64,000 bases of DNA from Takakia lepidozioides. Lineage: Eukaryota; Plantae; Bryophyta. The first letter of the stretch is position 1, and each line of letters starts with the position of its first letter. The notes beneath the pieces are model-generated. The model did not search any database, was not told the origin of the DNA, and worked only from the letters and a program-made list of their open reading frames with translations. Below are positions 1 to 12,689 of this stretch, one piece after another. Position numbers and translations under genes: made by a program. The stretch covers positions 41,788,001 to 41,852,000 of the forward strand of contig CM060732.1 of assembly GCA_030704615.1 (NCBI GenBank), read 5' to 3'.

Positions 1-2482
1 CTTCAATTTGATATGGTTTGACTCCTTCATTAAAGACTACGTCTCTACTCACTTTTGCAGTCTTAGTTGGCTCATGGTAAAGTCTATAGGCTTTGGAATT
101 CTCATCATATCCAGTTAAAATGCATTTAAGACTTTTATGGTCTAATTTGGTTATGGTTTCATCCGGAATGTACATATAGGCTTCACTGCAAAAAATGCAA
201 AGATCATGAGAAACTGTTGGCTTTCGGCCACTCCATTTTTCTTCAGGTGTCATTCCATTCACTGCGTTTGTAGGCAAACGCTTTTGATTATATGTAGCCG
301 TGGCAACAGCTTCTGCCCAAAAGATCTTTGAAAGTCCAGCAAATTTTATCATACAACGTGCGCTTTCTACCAGATTGCGGTTTTTCCTTTCCGCAACTCC
401 ATTTTGCTGTGGTGTATAACTGGCAGTCAGTTGTCGTGAAATACCATTATCTCTACAATAATCTTTAAACTTATTGGAAATATATTCCCCCCCACCATCT
501 GTATGGAGAGTCTTTAGCTTCTTGGACGTATATACTTCAGCAAAGGTTCTAAAGATTTTAAAATATCCAAAAGTTTCACTCTTTAATTTGAGAAAATAGA
601 TTTTTGTCCATCTCGACGCATCATCTATAAATGTTAAAAAATAAATGTACCCACGATGTGAGGGGATTGACATAGGACCACAAATATCGTTGTGAATCAA
701 TTCTAAGACTTGTTCAACTCTATGTCCTCCTTGTGAAGGAAATTTATTTCTAGTTTGTTTTCCATATAAGCAACTAGAACATAGATTAATATGAGGATTA
801 TGTGTTAAATTTATTCCATGCACATGTGGATGTGTGTGAAGCAATTTTAATTTCTTTATGCCTACATGCCCCAAGCGTAAGTGCCATAACTCAGAATCAT
901 TGACTATGGTATGTTGTATAGCATTTGCTTCAAATTATCTAGGGTATTTTGACATACTGATTTACCAATTCTATAGAGTTTACCATCTTTGGGACAGATA
1001 GTAGCTATTTTCTTATGCTTTTTATCTATGACCATACAATGAATAGGGGAAAAAATAAAGTTGTATCCGGCATATGAGGCCTGACTAACATAAATTAAAT
1101 TTTTCTTTAACCCAAGTACAAATAGCACATTATCAATTGACTTTTCATCTCCTGTGGATAGCATTATCTTAATGGTACCCCGACCATGAATGGGGTGGCT
1201 ACAATTGTCGCATAAATACACTTGTTGTATAGGATCTAAACTGTGAAACGTGATAAAAACATGCTCGGTTGGCTGTCGTGTGCTGTGAAGCACCCGAATC
1301 TATATACCAGGAATCTTCAGCAATTTCAGCAGATAATGAAGTTACAAATAATTTGGTTTCTTGGGAAACTGAACTATTGGTATGACTATGACCATTTCTC
1401 CTTTCATCGGACATTTTCTTCCTACAATTTTGTATGTGGTGACCCTCCAATTTACAATAAAAACATCTCATAACTGATTTTCTTGGACCATTGGAAAAAT
1501 TACGACCAGTATTAAAATTATGACCAGTATTGAAGCTAGGACCAGGGCGATTAAATATGGATTTTTTATTGAATTTAAATGGTGGTCTATTAAATTTTCT
1601 TTCGCCATACAAAGCTGAAGTGGATGTATCATGATCTTCATCACGTCTCCTAAGTTCCTCCTCTTGGAGTAATTTAATTGTATCATTCAGTGTACCAATA
1701 TTGCCCATTTGGGCCATGACAATGCCCGCATATGATTTAGGCATGGATCCCAATAAATTGGCTATTGCATCATTATCACTGACAACAGTACCAGCGGTGG
1801 CTAGTTCATCCATAAGGTTACAGAATTTTTGACATGGGTTTTAACACTATGTCCTTCAAGCATTTTGATATTACAGAATCTCCTTGTGAGGAGATTTTTA
1901 CTAATAACATTAGTATCTTGATATTGTGAGGCTAATTTATTCCAGACCTTTGTGGAAGTCTTTAGGCTTTTGACATGAACTAATAAATTGTCTTTGACAC
2001 AAAGTATTATATCGCCTCTAGTTTTGCGATCCTTTTTATTCCATGTGGGTTGATTGGTTGGAGTAGCAGGTCTGGCTTCAGACCCATCTACTACTGACCA
2101 AACATCTTCCCTTGACATGTACATCTCCATCCTAGTTTTTCATACTTGATAGTTACTACCATCAAGCCTATCAACAAAATGATTTGTTGTAGACAACATT
2201 ATGCTTTCTTGAAAATGTTGGTCTCCAAGAGTTATATTATAGGACTCAAGAAAGTAGCTCTGATACCATGATAAATTTGTACTCAAGCATTAAAGACAAG
2301 AAGACAAGAGGAGAAGACATTGAAACAAATCTAGATAAAAGCTCTATGTGTCTTTCTGTTTATAAAAAGGTCTTCATATAGTGAGTAATGTAACTCTTCC
2401 TATTTATGATATTAATGGTCATGACTAATGACTAATGGTATTCCTAATATCTAGGATAGTACTAACACTTCATATCTTAACA
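1..2482 (-). mobile_element. Decayed Ty1/copia LTR retrotransposon, 5' portion (LTR, PBS, gag, protease, integrase); continues off the left edge
   Basis: Minus-strand ORF pieces give gag (MEMYM..DVWSVVDG..WNKKDRK), a CCHC knuckle CFYCKLEGHHIQNC and protease WYIDSGASQH. These are followed by the pre-integrase LWHLRLGH (~870-895) and an integrase with HNDICGPM, TDGGGEY and YTPQQNGVAERKN. Domain order is copia-type, with frameshifts and stops. Confidence 0.93.
2257..2482 (-). repeat. Copia 5' LTR (~2269-2482) and tRNA-iMet primer-binding site (2257-2268)
   Basis: gctctgatacca at 2257-2268 reads TGGTATCAGAGC on the minus strand and abuts ...TTTATCA. The probable LTR start is TGTTAAG at 2482, but this outer boundary is less certain. 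Confidence 0.8.
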
Positions 2483-2604
2483 AATGGTTTCGGTCTCCCA
2501 CTGTCATTTTCTTGCACAAACTTCAGGCTACGAGGAGAATGGCCCAGTCTATTCTATTCTAGGATTGGGAATAAGTAGTTACTCACTCAGACTACTATGC
2601 ACGT

Positions 2605-3217
2605 CTTCTTGCCTTTATTGTTTGTTGGTTTGTCTGTCTGTTCTTCTCTACAGTCCATTACTTACGCAAACTAGAGGGATGATCGAAAGAGAAAGTGGTG
2701 AACTCATACCCTCTCATCATCAGCACCAACTGCTGCCATTGAAACTTGTTTTTTTGGGGGTTCTTCAGCTTGTCCAAACCGGGCATGGATGCACCAGTGC
2801 AAGCACATGCATATGAAAGACCAGTAGGGCTTGGGCAGTGACATCAAGACTGGGTCCAGCCACATGGAAACAGGACCTAACCACCTTCTCAGGATGTGGT
2901 TAAGAGGAGACTTCTGCCTTTATTGTTTGTTGGTTTGTCTGTTTGTTCTTCTCTACACTCCATTACTTATGCAAACTAGAGGGATGATGGAAAGATATAA
3001 AGTGGTGAACTCATACCCTCTCATCATCAGCACCGACTGCTGCCATTGAAGCTTGTTTTTTTGGGGGGTCTTCAGCTTATCCAAACCGGGCATGGATGCA
3101 CCAGTGCAAGCACAGGCATATGAAAGACCGTTGGGGCTTGGGCAGTGACATCAAGACTAGGTCCAACCACATAATCTAACTACCTTCTTAGGATGTGGTT
3201 GAGAGGAGACTTCTGCC
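2605..3217. repeat. Two-copy tandem duplication, period ~305 bp
   Basis: gcctttattgtttgttggtttgtctg... starts at 2611 and 2916. Both copies end in aggatgtggtt.agaggagacttctgcc. Confidence 0.9.
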
Positions 3218-4239
3218 CATTCCAGGCAGAGGAGATTTGACCCTCCAAACCCATCGGATTTTCTGTGTAAAACCTGAAATTTTCGACCAGTCTTACCCTA
3301 CATACTCGCAGTTGGAAATTTGTAGGTTCTTTGGATTTAGCCTGTAGCAAAAATGATAGTGAAGTTTTGGGCTGCCCATCCTTGACTCACCTTTGGCAAA
3401 CCCTCCAAATGGCATTACAAAGGAGGTACAAGACAAACAACTCTGAAACCTCTGAAAATTTGTGAGAAGGTGGGTTATTTGGTGAAAAATGTTCTCCCAA
3501 AACTTTCCACTAAACCATTATACATCTAATTTCTAAAGTGAATTTCCCTGAAGTTTTGTGGGGACCAAGTTATGGGCCCTTTCAAAGTTTTCTACTTGAT
3601 GAGGCCCTTTTTGTAGATGAGTTTTTTTTTTCAGCAAGAAAAAGCTTAGGGGTAGCTGTGACTTACCGTCTTCGACAGGTCAGCTTAGCCTCCAAATTTT
3701 GAAAGATGAGTGAACAGAGGTGCGGGGACTATCTGCATAGTATAAGATTACCCCCCTTCTTCTATGGTACCCATTTGCCTTTGAAGGTGAGCCTCCCTTT
3801 CACCAGTTGATATCCTACTGTCATTTTCTTGATTCATTTGATCTCCATGTTGTCAAGGTAGTCATTTGCCTGTCCAAAGGTAATCATGTGCATAGTCAGC
3901 ACATCATCCAATATGTCTGCATTGCTTTCTTCCTTTCTTTCTTCAATATCTTCACACTCCCATTGGTCTTGCTCTGCTGCTTGCAAAAGACTAACCTACA
4001 TCTCTTTTGTTATAGGACTTCCTCCCTTGCTCACTGTGATGGCCAATAGCTCGTCTTCTCCCTGTGATTGTAGCTCCTCTCCTGATTCACCACTATCCTT
4101 GGAGCTCAGGCAGAATTCTTCCCTTTGCCCAAAGAACACGGATGTCTTCAGGCTGCCCGCACAAAGGCCATTGATTATCTCCCTTTCCTCTCATTGCTTT
4201 TTGTTCAAAAATAGACTTCTTGCCCCCTGGGGTGAAATT

Positions 4240-4920
4240 TAGGGACGGACAAAATAAAATTGGATGATAAATTGTAAGCTAGACTTATAATTGGATGATA
4301 AATGGGATGAATAATTGGGTAGTTAGAATTGGAATTGGGAAGTTAGAATTGAGTTGTTGGAGAATTGGGAGATTCGGCTGAACACAGAGTAGTGATATAA
4401 AAAGGGTGAATATGAGAGAGAAGTTGTCATATTAGCAAGAGTGCCCAGGCCCTAGCACTACGAGGCTAGTTTGTCGTTTCCAATTCTTAGCAATAGAGAT
4501 TTAGTAATTCTACAAATGAAAGTGATTCCAGAGACCTGTGAGAGAGAACGCTCTATATTATTCAATGATGTATGAAGGAGAGAGAAGTAAAGCAATTATT
4601 TTTATAAGAGTTGGATTAAATTTTATTATGAGGATTTGATTGATTGATTCTACAAAGTAAATGAAGAGATGTTTCATATTAATTTGAAGGAGTGATATTG
4701 AGATTATTGAATAAGAAATTGTCTATGAAGAAGGAAAATTGAATAATTAATCGTGTTATTTATGTGATAACTTACTGAACGTTTATTGGGATTAATTGAT
4801 CGTGACATAGTTGTTCCTTTGGGTTGTTTGTGTGAACGAATCTATAATATTAATTGACTTTAGGAACCTGAGTCTGAATTAAATATTATTCTACATCTTT
4901 TTGGCACCGCTGCCGGGGAA
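4240..4920 (+). mobile_element. Athila-type Ty3/gypsy LTR with PBS, internal coding region absent
   Basis: The LTR-like end tattctaca (4895) is followed by tttttggcaccgctgccgggga (4898-4919), matching the Athila PBS TGGCGCCGTTGCCGGGGA. A TATA-like tataaaaaggg lies at ~4396. The left boundary is approximate. Confidence 0.6.
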
Positions 4921-5994
4921 AGGCCATTTGAGTGGGTTATTTTAGAACATTATATTATTGGTAAAAAAAACGTTGGATCAAAAGAGAAACTGAATTATTA
5001 GATGTTTCTGGATGTTTATGAGGTTGCATGGTTGAAAGCTTGTGATGTTAGGGCTTTGAAAAAAAAAAAAAATGTTGGGGATTTTGTAATCTTAGACTTT
5101 TGTTTTTCTTTGGTTTTTATCAAATTTGGGTGAAAACAATTACATACCAATTAATAGTTTCGAGATGGAGCAATTTGTTTTCCTACAACCCCTAGTGAAG
5201 ATAATCTTTTATAATTTTTATTAAAATTTCAAAGTTGTGGATTGCAGAATTTCAAAAGAAATTGTGGTCTTCATTAGTGAAAGGTTAGTAATCTTGCGCA
5301 GAAGGAAAACTCAAAGCTTTCGCGGTCTATATAAGCAAATTCTTGATGACACCTATTGAGAACAGAATCTTTGCACATCGAATTGGTTATTTAGAATAGA
5401 AGGCATTTGATATTATCTGCGGTCTTCTTTTGGTAGTTAGCTTGGCTAGTTGTCACATAGAACCCTATTTTAACTAATTCTGGACTTTTGGCTTAAATCT
5501 GGACCAAACTTAATATATATTTGAATTAAAATTAATTCAAATATTAATAATACCATGGTGTAATGTGTGTTTGTGAAATTACAAGTGATGTCATACGTGT
5601 TTCAAAATGTGACATATAAGATGTCCATTTGACATTGAAGTGTTTGTGAAGTTGCAGTACTGAACAATTCATTGAACGTCCACTGGGAAGTCGAATGATG
5701 TAATATTACATTATGTAATCACGATAAATAAATGTGTCGAATCGAACATGGGGTAGACTCATACTCTACCATACTCGATATAACTTGATAGTAATTTTGA
5801 TTGAATCTTTATATTGATAAGCACAATATTAAGAGACAATGCCATTTGAATGATGTTTTGGGTGTGAGAAATGCAGTAAAATATTAAAATAGCTTGAAAC
5901 ATTAGGAAGATGACCTACTTGGGTAGTAAAATAAGGTTTGGGGTGTAACTTGATATATTAAGTGCAATACAGTCCAAATTTGTGGTGACTCGGA

Positions 5995-7260
5995 GAAGGG
6001 TTTAGGGTAGAAAGAGATAAATAAATATGGAAAACTCACCTCCGTTGAATGTAAAAATGTAAGGGGAATTTGATATCCATGTAATCATTCTATCATACGT
6101 TATGCAACAAAATTAAAGAAAACATTAAAAGAGAATGATACAAATTTGACAAGAGGTAACGTGGTAGTACAATAAGGTTTAGAGTTTTAAGTAGGGTACT
6201 ACACTAAGGTTTTTGGTATATGCTAAGAGTAATGGTTTTGGATGTTAAGGGTCACGCTTAAGCTTAGGGTAAAGGGAAAGGTAAGGGTTTAGGGTTTGGA
6301 TTTAGGGTAGAAAGAGACAAACAAATATGGAAGACTCATACATGGTAGTACAATAACTTGGTTTGGAGTGTAAGTAGGGTAGTACACTAACTTGGTTTTT
6401 GGTATATGATAAGAGTAATAATGGTTTAGGGTAGTAAGTGTCAGGCTTAAGCTTAGGGTAAAGATTAAGGGAAGGGTAAAGGGAAAGATAAGGGTTTAGG
6501 TTTGGATTTAGGATAAAAATGGACAAACAAATATGGAAGACTCACACATGGTAGTACAATAACTTGGTTTAGAGTGTAAGTAGGGTAGTACACTAACCTG
6601 GTTTTTGGTATATGGTAAGAGTAATGGTTTAGGGTAGTAAGTGTCAGGCTTAAGCTTAGGGTAAGGATTTATGGTAGTACACAAAGGTTTTTGGTATATG
6701 GTAAGAGTAATGGTTTAGGGTACTAAGGGTTCGGCTTAAGCCTATGGAAGGGTTAAGGGAAGCGTAAAGCAAAGGGTAAGGGTTTAGGGGTGATGATAAA
6801 GGTATAAATGGACAAACAAATATGGAAGACTCGCACTCACTAGATCTTGGTGTGTATAATTATGGTAAAAAAAATGAAAATATAAAAATGGATAAACAAA
6901 TATTATGGAAGAGTCATTGAGACGGACAAGTATTTAAATTAACGACTCATCGTTGGAACCTGGTCTTAAGATACATAGAAAGCACACTAGTATATAAACT
7001 TGGTATTAAGTGCATGTGAATCCAAAACAAACGAGAACAGTAGCGCAAAAAAGAAGGGAGAAGAAATATGGATTATCATAAGGTCCATAACCATTATTGG
7101 TTATGGTATGGATAGTACAATCCAATTTGCAAAAAGAATGGTAAGGGTTTAGGGATAAATGCTTAAGGGTCTTTTAGGGTTACTAAAGGGTTTTACTAGG
7201 ATAAGGGTTTACTAAGGTAGGGGTTTTGGTTTAAGATAGAAATGGACAAACAAACATGGA
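5995..7260 (+). repeat. Degenerate ~180-205 bp tandem repeats rich in telomere-like GGGTTTAGGG motifs
   Basis: Units begin (c)atggtagtacaataa at ~6161, 6342 and 6548. acaaacaaatatggaagactc recurs at ~6317, 6523, 6812 and 7245. agggtttaggg occurs at ~5997, 6284, 6779 and 7144. Confidence 0.8.
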
Positions 7261-7820
7261 AGACCATTTGTTGCTAGACATAGACTCGCTTAGAGGTCCA
7301 GGAAAAGGAAGAGAACATGATAGGTATAAGTTAAGGAGTGGCAAATTGAAAAGTATGGCAATAATGATAGGGTAAGGGTCATCTTAGTGGGGTACCTCAA
7401 TTTGAGACTTGGCTTGACTCAAGTGCAAACACTAAGAGACGGACTGGAATTGGCGCAATGACGAGACATTGGAAAAAAACATTAGACCGGATTGGAAAAG
7501 AAAGACTCTAGGGGTTGTGCCAGCATTTTTTTTCTTGGGGTGCACTGTCTGTTTTGTAAGCCAGAATCCCCCACACGAATATTTGTAAATGAACAAAATG
7601 TACAGCAATGCAGAGTCCAGCCCGTCCCAAAAAAATAAAAATAAAACGTCCACTGCCCACTCGAGGTTCACTGCGACAGAAAAAGAACACAAGAAGGATA
7701 TCCCAACGCAAACACGAAGGGAAAAAAACGTAAAGAATTTTTTTAATCTTAAAACGAAGGACCGGAAATTACCTCAACATTTAGTCCATGGACGGAAAGT
7801 GGTTCGCAAGAAGGCAACCT

Positions 7821-10800
7821 TCAGGTATCTGGCTGAAGGTTAACCTCCTCCAAATTCGCGCGCGCCTTCACTGCTTCCACTGTTGTAATTTTCTTAGTGC
7901 TATTTCTTGTCGTATTTTTTCGTGGTGGCATTGTCCACACAACATTGTTCACGTGGATCCATTGAGCAGGATCTAACCGGTTGTACTCCCAAACTTTGAC
8001 CAGCAATCCCTGTACCTCTCCAAGTCTAAGGGGTTACCTCCTTTCTTCGGTCTCCACCACTCTACCTTCACTTCCTTAAAATTAGGATCCTTCATTTATC
8101 AGTTGACATATGAAATTGCCATTCCCATCCAGACCGGGCACGTCGTTGGGTCATGAGGGCGAACGAGCACAAAAAACTTTTTCTCCATATGAACGGATCA
8201 AGGGTATCCTTGGACGCTCGCACCTACGGCCACAGTAAGGTTCTGGAACTTCATCCTCATCTTCCATATCTTCCACTATCTATGGCTGGGTGTCACATCT
8301 CCGATGGTTTGAGGACCAATTTATTTTCGGCCAGAATCCCTCAAGAAGCTGAATACGATCCGGAATTTCCTGCATTGGCTTATCAAGTTTGGCGAGAATA
8401 TTTCCCCAGTATTGGTCGTATTGTTCCATTGCACCCCGGTAATGATCGTCAAACAACATTCATTTAGTCCAAAAATCTCTGTATTTCTTAATATCATTTT
8501 TTATGAAGGATTGTTTTTCGGGGGAGTCGTCTCTGACTCCCAATATCGGTCTTCTTGGAATGACATCTGGGTCTCCTTCAGGGAGATTTGGAGTTCCATC
8601 AGGGTTGGACTTCCACATCTTAACGCTGGAGTTTGTAGGAAGCCACTCCGAATCAGTAGCTGACTTCTTGTACTTCATAACGGGCCAACCATCCGCATCC
8701 TTAAAAAACCGAAAGACGTGCATATCTGAGATCTCGACCAAAGCCTCATTTCCATCAAGAATACAACCCTTAACAAACTTCTTGAAGTCGGGAATTTCCT
8801 GATTATTTTGAGGAATGACTGGTCTTGGGAGATCGTGAATGACTGTCACGGATATAGTCCGGAGGAACTTATCAGGAGTAAATACCAAAAATTACCAAGT
8901 TACCATATTATCAAAAGTTACCGTGATCTACCATGATTTATCATAAGTTATCATTAGTTACAAGTTACTGGAAATTTACCAAATTACCGAGAGTAACTTG
9001 GGAAATTGCTCAGGAAGCTTCATGTGGAGATTTCTCCATCAAGATACCTCCTTTGTTTCAGGAAACTTCTCCATCAAGAAACCTCCTTTGGGGAAGCCTC
9101 TTAGGGAACCTCCTACTAGCCAGTATATATAGGAGGCGAGACTGGACACTCTTCAGTCTCACCAATACCAGTTCAAGCTACTCTTGTTTCTAGTTCCCAG
9201 TACTCTAGCCCAATTTCCAATCCAGTTTCCAGCATTCTAGTATTCAAGTCGTGTTCCAATATCTTGTATTCTTGTTCATTGTTATAAAGATCGTCTTGAT
9301 TCCTTATTTACTCATCAAGCATTCGGCCATGCTGACCTTGACTTCTTGTCTAGTCTTGTACCTCTAGTCTGATCTCTTGTTTGTGTTCAGTCATGCTCTC
9401 GTCCTTGATAGTGACCTCATCAAATCCGGAAGAATATAGGTGTTGCGTTCCTTTAGCTTCTTCGAAAGATAGCTAAAAAATCCGTCAATATCCTCATGGG
9501 TGTGCCCGACCATGAGAAAACCAAGCTGGATCTCTTCAAAGACATCTTGGCAGTGAGGAGGGATAGGAAAACAAACATCAATCCTCCATCTGCATTGAGG
9601 AGTTGTCGTTTCAGGAAATGGTCGAAACGTCATTTCACAACCTCCAAACATCTCGATTTACCTTCAGTGTCAAAAATGTTCATGGATTCCCGACATGTCG
9701 GCTTTTCCAGTTGGCACAGGCACCGAGCCAACGACCCAATTGTGAATTGTCCTTCCAGAACTCAAGAGAAAATTGAGTGTAAGCCCCATCACCGTGTCCG
9801 TGCGTAACCATTCATGTCAATGAAACAGACAACTGACCCAATCCCGAGACCATCTTGTTCGTCGTCTGTAGCCTCGGAATAGCTGTTTTCCTATGATTTA
9901 TCTTATCGTGAATAATACACAGGAATTCCTCATGAATCATAACGGACTCATTCCTCCAGCTATGGTACATCCTTCTGCATAAGTCTTGATGCCTCAAGTG
10001 TAAATCAAGCGTCCGCTTATGTGCGACATGTTCGGAACTCCTCTTAATAGACTTCTTGATCAAATCCTTCAACATCTTGCATTCTGTGCACTTAACAAAA
10101 GTGCTTCCGGTTTTCCGAACCTCCACATTTGGAAATATTTGATTCCGTATACGACTTACAGTGGGCTGCGAGACTCATTTCAAACCGAGAAGTGTGTTCA
10201 TCTGCACCCCAACTCCCCAATAATGTCAACGTCCACTAGGTATGATGGCATCAACACGAATAAAATCAGCCACAGTATTTTGAAAAAATAAAAGATGACA
10301 ACGAATAAAAGTCGCATCGTTGGACTCCTCTCGAATTCTCTTCCAGTTCATTTCGAGTGGCAAAACTCTCAAAGTATCCCGACGTCCCTCTACAATGCAA
10401 CGTGTTTTGTGAGGCATAAGGTCAGTATTGGCATTGATAATGGATATAATGTTCCCCTCTGCCTGGAGTGTCCCTGGTCGGGGCCGCTTGACGCCATGAT
10501 TTCCGTGGAAAGATGACAAACAGCCCTCTTTACTAAGCTTTTTGTACTCTATGTAATGTTGACCTTCTAATTCTGTGTATTATCCACCATGCTTTCTCAC
10601 AAACATCAATACCTTCTATCGTAACATATGACCTGCGCGATGCCCCTTCCATGATGTGAAGTCGTTTTGAAACATTCAATCCAAGTTCTCTCCTCTCATC
10701 GAATGACGAACCCCAAAATGCAGTACAAATTGCCAAGGTTTTTCTCCAATCAAAATACTGTAGCATTGAAGCTTGCAGCAAGGTTTGCTGCTCACCGACC

Positions 10801-11413
10801 TCACTGCCTCTAAAGTAAGATTTTTCTTGCACTTTTTTGAGTCCTCCAAATTGGATGGTTTCGTCTTCATACTAAAATACCTGTATGTTGTTTTTTTCAC
10901 GCCTGTACCATGGTCGTCATTCTCCATGTCACTGTATGATCGCAGGAAATTTTCGAGATCGACGGAGAGTATCCGGCCATTTTCAAGAAGTCTTGTTTTT
11001 GTTAACGGCCATTTTACAATGGACATCAGAGAACCGGATTTTCCAGAGATTGTTCTAGTGACCAGAACCCCAACATCGTCCTCTCCGAGTTTGTCATTCA
11101 GAATGATTTCGTTAGGAATGCATGCCTGAATTCGGCCTTCGAACAGGGCATTTCCGTCCTCCCCAAGAAGAAGACACTGCAAGTTTCTCCAACAATCTCT
11201 CCCAAGACCTACAGCCGTATCCTCTTCCGTCCTACCGTTGGACGGAATTTCATTGCTTTCAATGAATTGTCTTTGATAATCACTATCTTCTGTGATGAAA
11301 TGACATCCCGGGTTTCTTTGAGATGCTGAATCCACAATTTCATGCCGGTGAACATAGGAGACGCCCCACACAATTGGAGTCCCAATCACCTCCTTCAATG
11401 TGTCAGCATCCAT
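7821..11413 (-). pseudogene. Decayed DUF7869 / Sola-like DDD-type transposase (frameshifted, interrupted by a solo LTR)
   Basis: Collinear minus-strand fragments read KPCCKLQC..., IEGIDVCEKAWWIIH, FVKCTEC, LCIIHDKINHRKTAIPRL, FEEIQLGFLMVGHTHEDIDGFFSYLSK, QEIPDFKKFVKG...PVMKYKKS and a Trp-rich C-terminus (VEWWRP...WIHVNNVVW). FLxVGHTHEDIDxxFS is the hallmark motif of this transposase-like family. Confidence 0.8.
8844..9410 (+). mobile_element. Solo LTR (567 bp) inserted in the transposase
   Basis: It begins tgtcacg (8844) and ends cttgata (a degenerate CGTGACA, 9410). The 5-bp TSD is atgac/gtgac, and there is an internal TATA (tatatatagg, ~9124). Excising it rejoins ...LPDLMRS|FTISQD...QEIPDF. 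Confidence 0.8.
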
Positions 11414-12079
11414 GTGTCGATAAGGCAGAGGACAGGAGCCGAATGCGTCATCACAAAAGATCAGGGTAACTGAAATGTTAAACGAACACAAGTGGGCAAG
11501 TTCCTTCCCTAGGGACATTCAGGCAATTTCCTGATGCAACCACTGACGGAGATCCAGGAAGCGACATAAACACCCTTTGGCCTACTTGGAACCCCATGAA
11601 TTTAGTAACCTCCACTGGGTAGTGGAGGTTCAATAAAATCGGATTACGGGAAGAACATTAATTGAAGGAAAGAACGTCGTGCCACCAAAAAGAAAAGTTG
11701 AAGTAGAACTTTTTCGACGGTTTTGAATGAGAAAAACCATATGGTTTGAAAAAGTATAGTCAATTTTGGATCTATCCCGAGACTGATGAAAGACAATTGG
11801 AATTGAAGTGGAGTATGAGGGCGGAGTATAAAACAATGTGACTATATCTATCTGAACTATCAGAAGAAGTCAGAAATGCCAACCTCTACTGGACAGTGGA
11901 GGTTGGATGATATCACTACAATACAAGCTGGGCTTTTCGACTCTGTATTTGACTCATTTTTTAGTCATTTGCGACATTTTTACTCCCACCCTCCATAGTA
12001 AAAAATGCGTGACAAATGTCAAGTCGTTTCAGTCAAGCAGTCGAATCCAGATGCCAGGTTCTGACAGTAAAACCTAGGG

Positions 12080-12270
12080 GGTGACGTGTAGGCAGCACAG
12101 TATGACGTGGATGCGACGTGGCTATGACGTGGCTATGATGTGTAGTAAAGTGGTTTAACTGAATTATAAGGTGGATGCATGACGTGTAGTGAGTGGCTTA
12201 AGGGCAGACTGACGTGGATGCATGACCTGTAGTAAAGTGATTTAACTGAAGTGGCACATGTTGGCTATGT
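12080..12270. repeat. Cluster of TGACGTG(G/T) motifs, probable subterminal repeats of the DDD element
   Basis: At least six tgacgtgt/tgacgtgg/cgacgtgg motifs in ~190 bp, plus a repeated gtagtaaagtg.tttaactgaa. Confidence 0.55.
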
Positions 12271-12689
12271 TCCATGATGTTTAGTATACGGTTTGACTGT
12301 ATATATCAGTGATAGTGAGTTTGCTTGACTTTGTATATTGTAATATTCTACTGTGAAGCAGTAAAAGAGGACACATTTTAGTAAATATGTTTCACTCTGG
12401 AGGTGTATATACATATATACATATAAATATAATAATACACACACATATATATATATATGAATTGGGAGGCTTTTTATTTAATATTTGGTTTTTTTATTAC
12501 TGTTATTTCGTTTTTTTCATTTACTTTTAGTTCATATCTGTACGTATGTGAATTAGTGGATATTGTATTTAAGTTTTTTGATTCGCTACACTGCATTGAA
12601 AATATATTACAAATACAACAAAACATAGAATACAAATACAGGTTGGAACCAAAAACATTTGGATGGCTCAAAACTGGTTTTATATCAAG

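Noticed and set aside
3800-4240. Acidic minus-strand reading frame with stops
   Set aside because: It may be a gene remnant, but no family was recognisable.
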